Positions 48,846 through 58,990 of a stretch of DNA of 64,000 bases are shown here, in pieces. The translations under genes were made by a program, and so were the position numbers. This DNA comes from Promethearchaeota archaeon (GTDB taxonomy: Archaea > Asgardarchaeota > Lokiarchaeia > Sigyniarchaeales > SOKP01). The number at the start of each line of letters is the position of its first letter. The first letter of the stretch is position 1. Below the pieces are notes generated by a model. The model worked only from the letters and a program-made list of their open reading frames with translations. It was not told the DNA's origin and did not search any database. Location: NCBI GenBank assembly GCA_011364975.1, contig RDOE01000002.1, positions 1 to 64,000 of the forward strand. Reading direction: 5' to 3'.

Positions 48846-50699
48846 TTAATCTTGTAGGAAATTTAAAATATATCGTTGAGCAATAAGATCTGAGCTGATT
48901 TTTCCAAGAACTTTTCCTTCTAATACTATAGGCATGGCAGAAATTTGGTATTGTTCAAACTCTCTAACAATATCTAGTATAGAAAGATTTGGAGATGCTG
49001 AAATAACATCTTTTGTCATAATTTCATTTACACTTGCATCACAAACACCTTCAGCAGATGCTTTAGTGATATCCCAGTCCGTTACTACGCCTACAAGTTT
49101 TTCATTTGATATTACTGCTATAATTCCGCTATTATTATCAATCATGGACTTAGCGGCTTCCTGGATTGTAGAATCGACTTCAATTATGGGAATAGAGATC
49201 ATAATATCTTTAGCAGTCAATTCATTCTCTTTAACTTTTAATCGTTGCAAACTTATCTGCTCAGCAGCCTGAGAAGGTAAGGTATCAGGCGATTTTGTTA
49301 AAATATCAACTAATTCAATCATATTATGATGAATTACATTTTTTCGATATTCTTCTCCTGCTCTTAAACGTTTTTGAGAAAGTTGAACAAATTCATCGGA
49401 ATGATCTTTAAGCCATTTATTTACCGCATCTTTTTTACCTAACAATTTTTCAGGAATTTGAATATGTTCTGGAGTTTTTACAATATGTTCTTGAGCAGCA
49501 AAAATTACTCCGCCTGAATTTACTAAATAATCATTTGCTATCATAACACCCTTCTCACGATATACTATTTGTTCCATGCGTGTTCTTGCTGCTTTTCTAT
49601 TTGGATCTGGGGAGTAAGTATTTGCGCCCTCAATGATTATATTCCATTTTCCCATGTGATCAACAATCATTGATGCATTATCGGAAGGTCTAACTCCAAG
49701 ATAATTAAATATTGGGGCTGCAGGGATAAAGCAAAAAGCATCTTCACGTAATAGATCATTCGAATTAGTTGAAAATTTAACGGGATGTTTATATCCCTGT
49801 GATAGCATTTTTTGTTTAAAATAGATGTTTGTAACAAGGCCTTTTTCATGCCATAAATCAAATAGATCTTCTATTGGGAGCCCAAATTCATTATATAGAT
49901 ATCCCTCTAAATCACTTATCCCTATCACTTTCACTTCTGGAATCGAACTTCTTAATATTCTTGCTACGTGAGCACCAACAGCTCCAAATCCTTGAATTAG
50001 TATTGTAAGATCTTTACTTTCAGGTATTTCTATATTTTCAAATTGAGATAAAACTCTCATTCTTGGAAGAATTTCTAAAAGTGTCTGAAGTGCGGTCACA
50101 ACACCTCCCGCAGCAGCACCTAACTCGTCTATTCTATTTCCACCCATATCTGCAGTCTTAGAAACAGCACTATCAAGCCCATTTTCAATCGCAATTAATT
50201 TCATATCCGCATCATTAGTACCTACATCAGGACCGGGGACATAAATCTCTTTATATCTTCTAATTAATCGTGCAAATCCTCGTACAATTTCTTCATGAAT
50301 TTCTAGGGGTAAATCCCTTTCAGCTACAATTCCAGATTTGCCTCCCCCATAAGGAAGGTTCGCCGCAGCATTTTTTAAAGTCATACCGCGAGCTAAATTA
50401 TGGATATCAGATGGAGTAATGTTAGGTAACATTCTTATTCCTCCCATAGAGGGCTTTCCCATTGAAAGATTATCTACGACTACAAAACCTCCGATCTCCA
50501 ATTTTGAGGTCTCATCCCATATGCATGCGACTAACTGTGGCCCCAGAGAGTCTCTAATAATTCCTAATCTTGATAATAATTGCTCATCAATATTACTAAA
50601 CTCTAAGTAGCATTTTCCGTCCTCTTTTTTAAGACGATTTTTTAATGTAATTTCTGGAAGTCGTTCTTTAAGAAATCTATCCATTGCTTTTGGTATCAT
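48846..50699 (-). CDS. Glu/Leu/Phe/Val dehydrogenase with a C-terminal CBS pair
   Basis: GGIR, MTLKNA, GGGKSG, PGPDVGT, QGFGAVG, EGAN, NSGGV; then two CBS repeats (LVGVVTDWDI, VLGKISSDLI). Confidence 0.88.
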   Translation of the reverse strand: MIPKAMDRFLKERLPEITLKNRLKKEDGKCYLEFSNIDEQLLSRLGIIRDSLGPQLVACIWDETSKLEIGGFVVVDNLSMGKPSMGGIRMLPNITPSDIHNLARGMTLKNAAANLPYGGGKSGIVAERDLPLEIHEEIVRGFARLIRRYKEIYVPGPDVGTNDADMKLIAIENGLDSAVSKTADMGGNRIDELGAAAGGVVTALQTLLEILPRMRVLSQFENIEIPESKDLTILIQGFGAVGAHVARILRSSIPEVKVIGISDLEGYLYNEFGLPIEDLFDLWHEKGLVTNIYFKQKMLSQGYKHPVKFSTNSNDLLREDAFCFIPAAPIFNYLGVRPSDNASMIVDHMGKWNIIIEGANTYSPDPNRKAARTRMEQIVYREKGVMIANDYLVNSGGVIFAAQEHIVKTPEHIQIPEKLLGKKDAVNKWLKDHSDEFVQLSQKRLRAGEEYRKNVIHHNMIELVDILTKSPDTLPSQAAEQISLQRLKVKENELTAKDIMISIPIIEVDSTIQEAAKSMIDNNSGIIAVISNEKLVGVVTDWDITKASAEGVCDASVNEIMTKDVISASPNLSILDIVREFEQYQISAMPIVLEGKVLGKISSDLIAQRYILNFLQD

Positions 50700-50838
50700 A
50701 ATTATTCAATAAAATCTGAATTTCATTTTTTAAATCTAATTATATTTTCATATATGAATCTCTTAAATTTAAAATTGTTCTCTATTAAAAAATGTCAAGT
50801 TAAATTAGAAATGTTAAATGTTAAATAATAGAGAGTAG

Positions 50839-52686
50839 ATGATGAAGGGATCAAAAAAATTATTACTAATAGGTATTGATCAAGCTATTCCTTGTTTGCT
50901 TAATAAGTTCCTTGATACTAATATCTTACCTAATATAGCTAAACTCCGGGAAAATGGAGTAATGACTGAAGCGTTTTCTTGTCCTCCGTGTGATACACCA
51001 ACTAATTGGACTACAATCGCAACAGGAGCTACAACTGCTATTCATGGAGCAACCAGTTTTTATATGCATAATTCCGGAGATTCTTTTGAAGAAGGATTAA
51101 AATTTCGATCTAGAACGCAATTATCTCGATATTGTAAAGCGGAATATATATGGAACGTTGTGGATAAGAGTTCATTAATTCCATTTGTATTTAATTACCC
51201 TTCAGGATGGCCAAATAATTTTAAAAAAGGAGTTATGAGTTTATTCACTTGGGAGATACCTGAATCATATCCTATATTGATGTCTACATCAAAAACATAT
51301 AAATTTGATATAGAAGATAACAAAAAGTCAATCCAACTAAATATCAGTATTAAAAATAAGAATTTTAAATGCAATTACAATAAAGAGGTATTCTTGATCA
51401 ATTTAAAGGGGAATAAATTTGATGCTTTGAAACTATTAATAAGTGAGAAGTTAGGATGGCAAACTATTAGGGAAAAAGAATGGAGCAATTGGATAGAAGC
51501 AATCATAAATACAAACATTGGTCAATTACCTTGCTTATTTAAAATAAAGTTACAAGAGATAGATTATGAGGAAAAATATGTTAAAATTAAACGCTCTACT
51601 GTATATAATATTAAAGGTTGGGCATATCCTGAGACTTTTGGTGATAAATTAATCAAAAATGTTTTTGAATATGATTTACCCGAAAAACATGATGTTGAGT
51701 TTATGATGTATGAGGGGATAAAAAAGTACTTAATATCTGCAAGGGAAGAAAGTTTAACTTTGGCTAAAACTATAAATTTTGCTAAAACGGACTTTAACTG
51801 GGATGTATGCTTTTTTCATTATCATCCTTTAGACACTATTAATCATAATTCTCTCGCATTTTTATTTAATAAATCACCATTTTATGAGGAGGATAAAGCC
51901 AAGAAAACACTCAAGAATGTTGAAACTGCTTATAAAATCGTTGATGAGCTTATTGGTAATTTATTCAAAACTTGTGTTGATCAAAATACTATTGTTTGTT
52001 TTGTTTCAGACCATGGGGCAATCCCTATATGGAAAATAGTAAATCTTCCTCATTTTTTTATAAAATCTGGGTTACTTAAATATAAATGGAGTTCTAAAGA
52101 AAATTGCTATATTATAGATTGGAAAAAAACAAAAGTATTCCCTTATATAGAGCCACCCTTTATTTGGATTAATTTAGAAGGACGAGATCCAAAGGGAATA
52201 GTAAAACATTCTGAATATGACGATTTAAAAGATGAAGTTATCAAGATACTTTATGATATAAGAGATCCTTACACTAACGAAAAATTGATTGATTTGGCAA
52301 TAAAGAAGGAAGATGCTGATTATCTTGGTCTAAATGGTGAAAGAATTGGTGATATAATATATTTTTTAAAACCCCCCTATAGTTTATTCGATGGGAATCT
52401 AGAGATGCTTAATGCCTCTCGCCTTTCAAAAAACCTTTTTAATAAACCAGAGGTTTATAATTCCCAATCATTTTTTGGAGCACATGCTTATTTCCTTCCG
52501 AAAACTAAATTTGGAGAATATTCAATCAGCGTCCCATTGATTTTATCTGGACCAGGAATTAAAAAAGGGGAGATGTTGAAAAAACCAGTAAATCTTGTCA
52601 ATTTGGCACCCACATTTTCTCATTTACTGCAAATTCCGAAACCTAAAGATTCTCAAGCTAGGGTCCTTTATGAAATAATGGAATAA
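50839..52686 (+). CDS. Alkaline phosphatase superfamily / nucleotide pyrophosphatase-phosphodiesterase
   Basis: LIGIDQ, DTPTNWTTIATG, LDTINH, VSDHG, GAH, LAPT. Confidence 0.88.
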   Translation: MMKGSKKLLLIGIDQAIPCLLNKFLDTNILPNIAKLRENGVMTEAFSCPPCDTPTNWTTIATGATTAIHGATSFYMHNSGDSFEEGLKFRSRTQLSRYCKAEYIWNVVDKSSLIPFVFNYPSGWPNNFKKGVMSLFTWEIPESYPILMSTSKTYKFDIEDNKKSIQLNISIKNKNFKCNYNKEVFLINLKGNKFDALKLLISEKLGWQTIREKEWSNWIEAIINTNIGQLPCLFKIKLQEIDYEEKYVKIKRSTVYNIKGWAYPETFGDKLIKNVFEYDLPEKHDVEFMMYEGIKKYLISAREESLTLAKTINFAKTDFNWDVCFFHYHPLDTINHNSLAFLFNKSPFYEEDKAKKTLKNVETAYKIVDELIGNLFKTCVDQNTIVCFVSDHGAIPIWKIVNLPHFFIKSGLLKYKWSSKENCYIIDWKKTKVFPYIEPPFIWINLEGRDPKGIVKHSEYDDLKDEVIKILYDIRDPYTNEKLIDLAIKKEDADYLGLNGERIGDIIYFLKPPYSLFDGNLEMLNASRLSKNLFNKPEVYNSQSFFGAHAYFLPKTKFGEYSISVPLILSGPGIKKGEMLKKPVNLVNLAPTFSHLLQIPKPKDSQARVLYEIME

Positions 52687-52787
52687 TAATAACGAGAAAC
52701 TTGGTTTTTTGAATTCTAAATATTATTATAATTTAAGTAAAGTGTATAATTTAATAATATTAAATCAATTTTGGAGATCTTATAAAA

Positions 52788-53078
52788 ATGGTTACTTTAA
52801 TAGCAACTCTCAAAATAAAAGAAGGCAAAATGCCTGAAGCCATTCAAGTACTTAAAGAGATGGCAGCAAACATAAAATCATCTGAACCTGGGACTTTGGA
52901 ATATATCCCTCATACGGTAAAAGGAGAAGGATTAGAAAATACAATAATTTTCTATGAAAAATATGAAACTGAAGAAGCAATGAAATTCCATAGTAAAAAT
53001 TTAGTTAAAACAGCAATTAGGTTGGCTCCACTTTTAGATCCAGGAAGGGATATAAAAGTCTGTAAAGAGATTATTTAA
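52788..53078 (+). CDS. Antibiotic biosynthesis monooxygenase (ABM/QuMo-like) protein
   Basis: EPGTLEY, FYEKY...EA...H. Confidence 0.82.
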   Translation: MVTLIATLKIKEGKMPEAIQVLKEMAANIKSSEPGTLEYIPHTVKGEGLENTIIFYEKYETEEAMKFHSKNLVKTAIRLAPLLDPGRDIKVCKEII

Positions 53079-53096
53079 GTTTAGTTAATCTAAATT

Positions 53097-54692
53097 TTAT
53101 TTATTTTTTTTAAATAATAACTCATCTTGAATATATGGTCTTCCGGTATATAAACAAAGCTCTGCTTTACTTAATTCTCTCCCTAAGTAATTTAAATGAT
53201 AAATATCATCGGTTATGCGTAATTCCATAACCTTTTTACTTAAAGTTTCTGCATTCTTTCCTATTATAAGATTGAGTAGCTCATCGTTATTAGAATAAAA
53301 TAATATATAAATTTGTTTTGAATAGTGATCCACAAAAAACCTAAAATAACCTTTTTTATCAGAAATGTAATCTGGGTTTTCAGGATCGACGAAAATGGCT
53401 TTTGTCTCATCAATTTGAGGGAAATCCTGACTAACTTTTCCCTTTGCTTTAAATATTGAAATGCCATGATTAATAGGAGGTGTTTTTTTACATTTTGCTA
53501 AATAATTAAGTTTAATAGATTCTTTTAATTCACGAACTCCGCCCATAAGTTTTATACTATGTTCTACGGTAAATAAAACGCCCATCTCTAATTCTATTGC
53601 TATACAAGCTAATAATCCATTAATACCGATGGAATCAATGTCCATTAATTCAACAACGTTTGAAATTCCAAAAAATAATGGTAATTCAATGCTTTTATCT
53701 CTTATTTGAGAGACTTTCTTTTTATATAAAAAATAAGCTTCCAAAGAATTTGTAAACCCAGGACTTATTGGAGTCTCAAGCAGAGGATCAGCTATCAGTT
53801 TTTGAAATCCCAGATTTTGCAATTCCTCTGTAAAGTAAAGTAAATTTTCAACTCTTAATGCAGGTTCTTTTGGAAAATACGCTGCTTTAATATTCGTGGG
53901 AAGAATTACAATCGGTATATCTTTTGGAATATTTAGTAGCTGTTTGTAATTTCCTTTATCAAAACTTAGAATCATATCAATCCCTTCATCTATTGCGGAC
54001 CTTATTTCTTCTTTTTCCATTGAATCTATACTTATTAAAGTATTAAATTTAGATTGAATGAGATTAATAACTTCACGAACCCTTTCAGGATTAGGTTTAT
54101 TAGCTATACATCCTATATCAATAATATCTGCTCCTGAGTCTAAATAATGCTTCACTTTTCTAAGTATTGACTCATTAGGCTTCTCTGGACAATTTACTAT
54201 CTCAGCGATTATGGGAGGGGGTAAATCGCGACCAATTATTAAATCGGATTTTTGTCTATTAATATAAAAAGTATGAGTCCCAATATTTTCTTTAGCTAAT
54301 TTAATTTTTTCAGATAGGATATCATTATATTCTCGAATTCCAGATAATTGGATTAACTTATTAGCTGCAATATTGGTAGATAATTGAATTGAGTCTAAAT
54401 TATTTAATATAAAAGGCAAATCAGACGCAAATTCTGGGCCTTTTTTAATTTCAATTGAAAATTCTTTTTCTAGATTAAAAGTATCCCATTGAACAAATCC
54501 AGGCAATAATATAATATCATAATTAGATTTGGAGATTTTTTTCAAAATCTCTTTAGTTAAATCTTCCGATAGAAAGGCTGAAATTGTTATAGGTGCTTTG
54601 TATACTTCGATTTCATTCTTATGTATATCTTTTATAAGGTTATTAATTATGGGATAACTATTAAGACCGGTTATAATTAATATTCTTTTAAT
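53097..54692 (-). CDS. Dihydropteroate synthase-like protein (methanopterin biosynthesis; N-terminal DUF6513-like, C-terminal DUF4346-like)
   Basis: RILIITG, ILLPG, KGP..A.DLP, IIAEI, GADIIDIG, SIDS, ADPLL, GISNV.EL.D.DS.GIN, D.KGYF, H..YLGREL.KAE. Frame is open to an ATT at 54692. Confidence 0.85.
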   Translation of the reverse strand: MKRILIITGLNSYPIINNLIKDIHKNEIEVYKAPITISAFLSEDLTKEILKKISKSNYDIILLPGFVQWDTFNLEKEFSIEIKKGPEFASDLPFILNNLDSIQLSTNIAANKLIQLSGIREYNDILSEKIKLAKENIGTHTFYINRQKSDLIIGRDLPPPIIAEIVNCPEKPNESILRKVKHYLDSGADIIDIGCIANKPNPERVREVINLIQSKFNTLISIDSMEKEEIRSAIDEGIDMILSFDKGNYKQLLNIPKDIPIVILPTNIKAAYFPKEPALRVENLLYFTEELQNLGFQKLIADPLLETPISPGFTNSLEAYFLYKKKVSQIRDKSIELPLFFGISNVVELMDIDSIGINGLLACIAIELEMGVLFTVEHSIKLMGGVRELKESIKLNYLAKCKKTPPINHGISIFKAKGKVSQDFPQIDETKAIFVDPENPDYISDKKGYFRFFVDHYSKQIYILFYSNNDELLNLIIGKNAETLSKKVMELRITDDIYHLNYLGRELSKAELCLYTGRPYIQDELLFKKNK

Positions 54693-55779
54693 CTAAATCA
54701 CTTAATAATCTCTCTTTATTGAATGGAATATAAATATCGTCTAATATTGAGCCCTTAGCTTCTCTAACTCGTAGATTATTTACAATGGATTCAAATTTGC
54801 CTCCCAGCAAACCGTTAGCTATAAAGGCTGCTCCTTGGGCAGCATGTTTTGATAAATGGCTATATGATTTCATTAGTCTTACTGGAGCAATTTCACTTAA
54901 ATTATTAATCATTTTCTGATCTAAATATTTTAGTTCTGCTCCTCTCCCTGCTATTAAAATTTCACATATCTTTTTTCGGTTAGTAAATGAAGCAGAGATA
55001 CCATAAACTGCTTTTTTGACATCTGATAAATACGCATCAAGAGCCATCTTAGTTTGGTCATCCTTTTGTGCTAGTAATATTATCTCATCTAAGCTCAAAT
55101 CTTGATAACCTGCAATAAAAGACACTCCGCCTTTATAAATATTCTTCTTTTTTATGTCTTTAATTAAATAAGCTAACTCTCCATCAAGACTACCGCATGC
55201 TCGAAATCCCATTATATTTGATCCTCCAATACCGTCGATGATTTGACCATTTTCAATTGCAAGTACAGCAGTAAATCCGTAACCTATTTCTACCATGATA
55301 AAATTTACGTCTTCAGGGCGGTTATTTTTTCGTTCCATCTGATCCCTTATACCTGTAACAGCAGTACATAATTTATCTGCCGTCCCCATGTCAATTTTGT
55401 TAATTTTTCGATAATTTGGAACAGTTGGTAAATGTTTAACACCTGGAACAATAACTCCTGGAATATTTTCAGCTTTAATAAGCCTAAGAACATTACCAAG
55501 ACCAATTAATTTATCCTTTTCTTTTTTCTCGAATTTGAGTACTGTAAAAAATATATCTTTCTCTGTTAAATCTTTTACACTCTTTAATGGTAACCCAAAA
55601 CCGCTTGGCGCTACCATTAAATCAATATTTTCCATTGATTTGATAACTGCAATAGCTTTTTTTGGATCTTCAATTAACTCTTTTGATGGTAATGAGGTGT
55701 CTAATATTATTTCATCCTCATCTAAGCCACAAAAATCCCACGAAAGTGACCCCGGATCAATTCCAAGTACCCTATACAC
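54688..55779 (-). CDS. DUF1464 family ASKHA-fold protein
   Basis: GIDPGS.S.D, APSGFGLP, LPTVP.YRK.NKIDMGTADK, G.LDGE.AY, AAQGAA.IA.G..GG. Confidence 0.8.
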   Translation of the reverse strand: MYRVLGIDPGSLSWDFCGLDEDEIILDTSLPSKELIEDPKKAIAVIKSMENIDLMVAPSGFGLPLKSVKDLTEKDIFFTVLKFEKKEKDKLIGLGNVLRLIKAENIPGVIVPGVKHLPTVPNYRKINKIDMGTADKLCTAVTGIRDQMERKNNRPEDVNFIMVEIGYGFTAVLAIENGQIIDGIGGSNIMGFRACGSLDGELAYLIKDIKKKNIYKGGVSFIAGYQDLSLDEIILLAQKDDQTKMALDAYLSDVKKAVYGISASFTNRKKICEILIAGRGAELKYLDQKMINNLSEIAPVRLMKSYSHLSKHAAQGAAFIANGLLGGKFESIVNNLRVREAKGSILDDIYIPFNKERLLSDLD

Positions 55780-55960
55780 TAATAATCAGATCTTATATAA
55801 TGCTCAATTTATAAAAGTTCAATAATTCATTTTATATTTATTAATTTTTAATAGTTCTTCTTAAAATCTAAAGAATAAATTTTAACTAGAAAAAATTAAT
55901 ACTCATATAATTTGATTAATAATTTTTTCCATTGGAGTAAGAATTCTTTTATATATCATT

Positions 55961-56701
55961 ATGAATATGGATTATAAATCTATAGGACTAGAAGAGAATT
56001 CATTGTATGAAGTCTTAGCGACAACTTTTTCAATTGAAAGTGAAAATCAATTTGTTCCTAATACGGCATCTATGGGAATTAGAATATTGAATAATGGTTT
56101 AATTAGTATGAGCCCTTATCCTTCAACAAAAACTTTTCAAAATTTGAATCAAATACCCCTTGTAACGCTTAATTTTGTAGATAATATCTTTTTATACGCT
56201 TTAACTTCATTAAAAGGTTCAAATATGCTTAATAATATTAAAGGAGAAAAGGAAAATTTTTATGATTATTATCAATTAAAATCATTGACTCATTTTAAGG
56301 ATCAACTTAAAGCTAAAAAACTCCAAGAAAGTTTCTCAATTCCTTTTATAAAAGATTCTTGGGCAATAATTATTAGTGAAGTAAAAATGAGAAATAATAG
56401 ACATAAAGAAGATGAGTTTGGAATGCTGAAATTAACGGAATTTTTACTAAGCCCAATTTTAATTAAAAAATTTAGAGAATCATACAAACTTTTTAATAGA
56501 GCAGAAAATATTACTTTAGAAACTATAATTTTAGCAACAAGATTAAAGGTTGCCTTTGAAGTAAAAGATAAAAGCTCTTTAGATCAAATCAACTATAAAA
56601 TCGCAGAAAATGTAAAAACAATAAACAGATTTAGTAAAAATGAAAGGGTGTTGAGATCCTTAGAATATATTCAGCAATATATTGAGAAATTTAAAGATTA
56701 A
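55961..56701 (+). CDS. DUF447 family protein
   Basis: YEVLATT, PNTASMGI, T.T..NL, FNRA....LE.II.ATR. Confidence 0.8.
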   Translation: MNMDYKSIGLEENSLYEVLATTFSIESENQFVPNTASMGIRILNNGLISMSPYPSTKTFQNLNQIPLVTLNFVDNIFLYALTSLKGSNMLNNIKGEKENFYDYYQLKSLTHFKDQLKAKKLQESFSIPFIKDSWAIIISEVKMRNNRHKEDEFGMLKLTEFLLSPILIKKFRESYKLFNRAENITLETIILATRLKVAFEVKDKSSLDQINYKIAENVKTINRFSKNERVLRSLEYIQQYIEKFKD

Positions 56702-57093
56702 TCCTTTACTTTAATGGTTTCAATATACATTAAGGGATACTTTAGGGTATCAATCCACTTAATAAAGGCAGTTACTTCAACAGATTCAAATTCAATAATT
56801 ACTTTAGCATTTATGATTTTTCCAGTTACTTCATCATAGTCAAACTCGGTAGATTTATCACCAGAGATTTTAGTTTTATCAATATCGATTTTCACAAATT
56901 TGACATATGGTTGGCATGATATTGCAGCTTCTATTCCTTTTTCAATAGATTCAATAACTGCTGAATCTGAACGTATTGGTATACCACATAAAATGTGATA
57001 AAGTGCTCCTAATTTTATTCCAACTTCAAAGCAAGCTCTTTCTCTAATACTCAGGTTAGGATCAAAGAAAGACCGTTCATCAGTAAGAGGCAT
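56698..57093 (-). CDS. mptD: Dihydroneopterin aldolase MptD
   Basis: RERACFEVGIKLGALYH, AISCQPYV, LKYPLMY. Confidence 0.88.
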   Translation of the reverse strand: MPLTDERSFFDPNLSIRERACFEVGIKLGALYHILCGIPIRSDSAVIESIEKGIEAAISCQPYVKFVKIDIDKTKISGDKSTEFDYDEVTGKIINAKVIIEFESVEVTAFIKWIDTLKYPLMYIETIKVKD

Positions 57094-58106
57094 TAAATAT
57101 CATCCAAATACTCAATTTTTGCTCCATCATTATTTGGTTTACAGATGTAAATATGACCACCTATAGGTTTCAGACGCATTTGCACTTCTTTTAATAAGGC
57201 ATTTGCTTCTTCATCTGATTCGACAATTCCAACTATACTTGGACCAAATGAAGACATAGCATATGCTTTTAATCCAAATTCCTCAAAAAATTTAAGAATC
57301 CCCTTAACAATGTCGTGTTGTAGAGAAATCTCGATTTTCTTGAATCCAATTTTTTGAATACTTTTTAACCCTTCTCCGAAACATTTTAAATCGTTTTTAA
57401 TAATTCCTGGAATAACTTTCATTAAAATTTGATGAGAAACTTCTGTGACTTCTGATTTAGGTATTGGGGCATTAGATTGAAAAATACTCACTTCTTCATC
57501 CCCATAAGCACCTTTTTTTACATTTGGTATAACTAAAACAAATCTCCAATTTTCAGGGATGGGATATCTTAAAATTGTAATTGCAGGATCTACTTCGGTT
57601 GATGCTGAAGATGGCAAAAAGGTTTCTTTTTCTTTTCCTATTCCAAAATCATGCCCTGCATCTAATATGAAACCCCCGTTTTCAAAACCTCTCCAGCCTA
57701 TTCCAGAAGTTCCTCCTCTTCCAACGAGTTTGGTTAATTCATTCGTATTTAAATTATTTATATTCTTTAGTTTGGTTATAGCTCGAGCAATAGCTAAGGA
57801 TAATTGGGTTTTTGAGCCTAACCCTACGTGGCTGGGGTAATATCTTATAAGATTAAAATGAAAATTTTTATTACTTATATTAAACGCTTTAAATACCCTT
57901 GATGCAATTTCGTTTATTACCTCGATTGATTCTCGATAATATTTATTTGCTTTAATTTTGAATTCTTCAGCATTGTTTGAAGCTTCGAAAACAACATTTG
58001 GACGGTCTAACATAAGACCTATCCCTCCATCTACCCTTCCCGTGAAACCATTCTCATCAATTAAGGAAAGATGAATACGACAGGGCGTAATTATTCTAAT
58101 TTTCAT
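57093..58106 (-). CDS. mptG: Beta-ribofuranosylaminobenzene 5'-phosphate (RFA-P) synthase, GHMP family
   Basis: TPCRIHLSLID, GGIG, HVGLGSKTQL, GRGGTSGIG, GGFILDAGH, MSSFGP. Confidence 0.9.
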   Translation of the reverse strand: MKIRIITPCRIHLSLIDENGFTGRVDGGIGLMLDRPNVVFEASNNAEEFKIKANKYYRESIEVINEIASRVFKAFNISNKNFHFNLIRYYPSHVGLGSKTQLSLAIARAITKLKNINNLNTNELTKLVGRGGTSGIGWRGFENGGFILDAGHDFGIGKEKETFLPSSASTEVDPAITILRYPIPENWRFVLVIPNVKKGAYGDEEVSIFQSNAPIPKSEVTEVSHQILMKVIPGIIKNDLKCFGEGLKSIQKIGFKKIEISLQHDIVKGILKFFEEFGLKAYAMSSFGPSIVGIVESDEEANALLKEVQMRLKPIGGHIYICKPNNDGAKIEYLDDI

Positions 58107-58447
58107 TTTATCTTAAATAAGAAAAGTTTCAAACTAAATGTAAGAATCTTTAAAATAATTTAAATTTAATATAAATTCATGGTTTTTTTAATATTATGGA
58201 ATATAATAGATTTTATTAATGATTAAACTTTGATGAAAATTCGACCAAAACAAACAGTTATAAAAGAAACATTCTATATTATAACTTAAAGACTTCTAAA
58301 TGACTATCTATTAACAAAACTGTCAGGTAGTATATGCCATCTTGATAGTACTTGATGGATTAATGTGTTATTTGTTTAAATAATATGATTAAAAGGGTAA
58401 TGCAAAGTTTAAGTAATTTAGATATAATTTTTGGGGGTTAATTAAAG

Positions 58448-58840
58448 ATTATCACTATTTTCGTAGTTGAGGATGACCATTCGTTAAGGATGCTTTACGA
58501 GAAAGCCCTAGAACTAAATGGATATACTGTTATAGGCGCCGCAAAGGATGGAGACGAAGCAGTAAAAATGTTTGTAGGTTTCACTTCTAAACCAAAGGTT
58601 ATTATAATGGATCATAGAATGCCTATAAAAAATGGAATTGAAGCAACGAAAGAAATTTTAGCAATATCTGATAATCCAAAACCCAAAATTATATTTGCGA
58701 GCGCTGATCTTTCAATTAAAGAAGAGGCTTTAGCGATTGGTGTTTCATGTTTTAAGGATAAACCATTTACACTAGAAAGATTATTTAGTAATATTGAAAA
58801 GGTAATAGCCAAGGATCAAATACTAAAAATTCAAAGTTGA
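58448..58840 (+). CDS. Single-domain response regulator (receiver)
   Basis: IFVVEDD lies in frame upstream of the track ATG; MDHRMP..NG, FASA, KPF. Confidence 0.88.
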   Translation: MITIFVVEDDHSLRMLYEKALELNGYTVIGAAKDGDEAVKMFVGFTSKPKVIIMDHRMPIKNGIEATKEILAISDNPKPKIIFASADLSIKEEALAIGVSCFKDKPFTLERLFSNIEKVIAKDQILKIQS

Positions 58841-58990
58841 AAAAAACTATGCTTATTTTTTTTTAGTTTTATAGCAATAATTTAACAATAGGATCCTAAA
58901 TTCTATATATTTTCTATTCTTTATTTTTATGATATTTAGAAAGAATAAATTTGATTAAAAAGGATAAATCAACGTAAAAGGCGTATTTTT

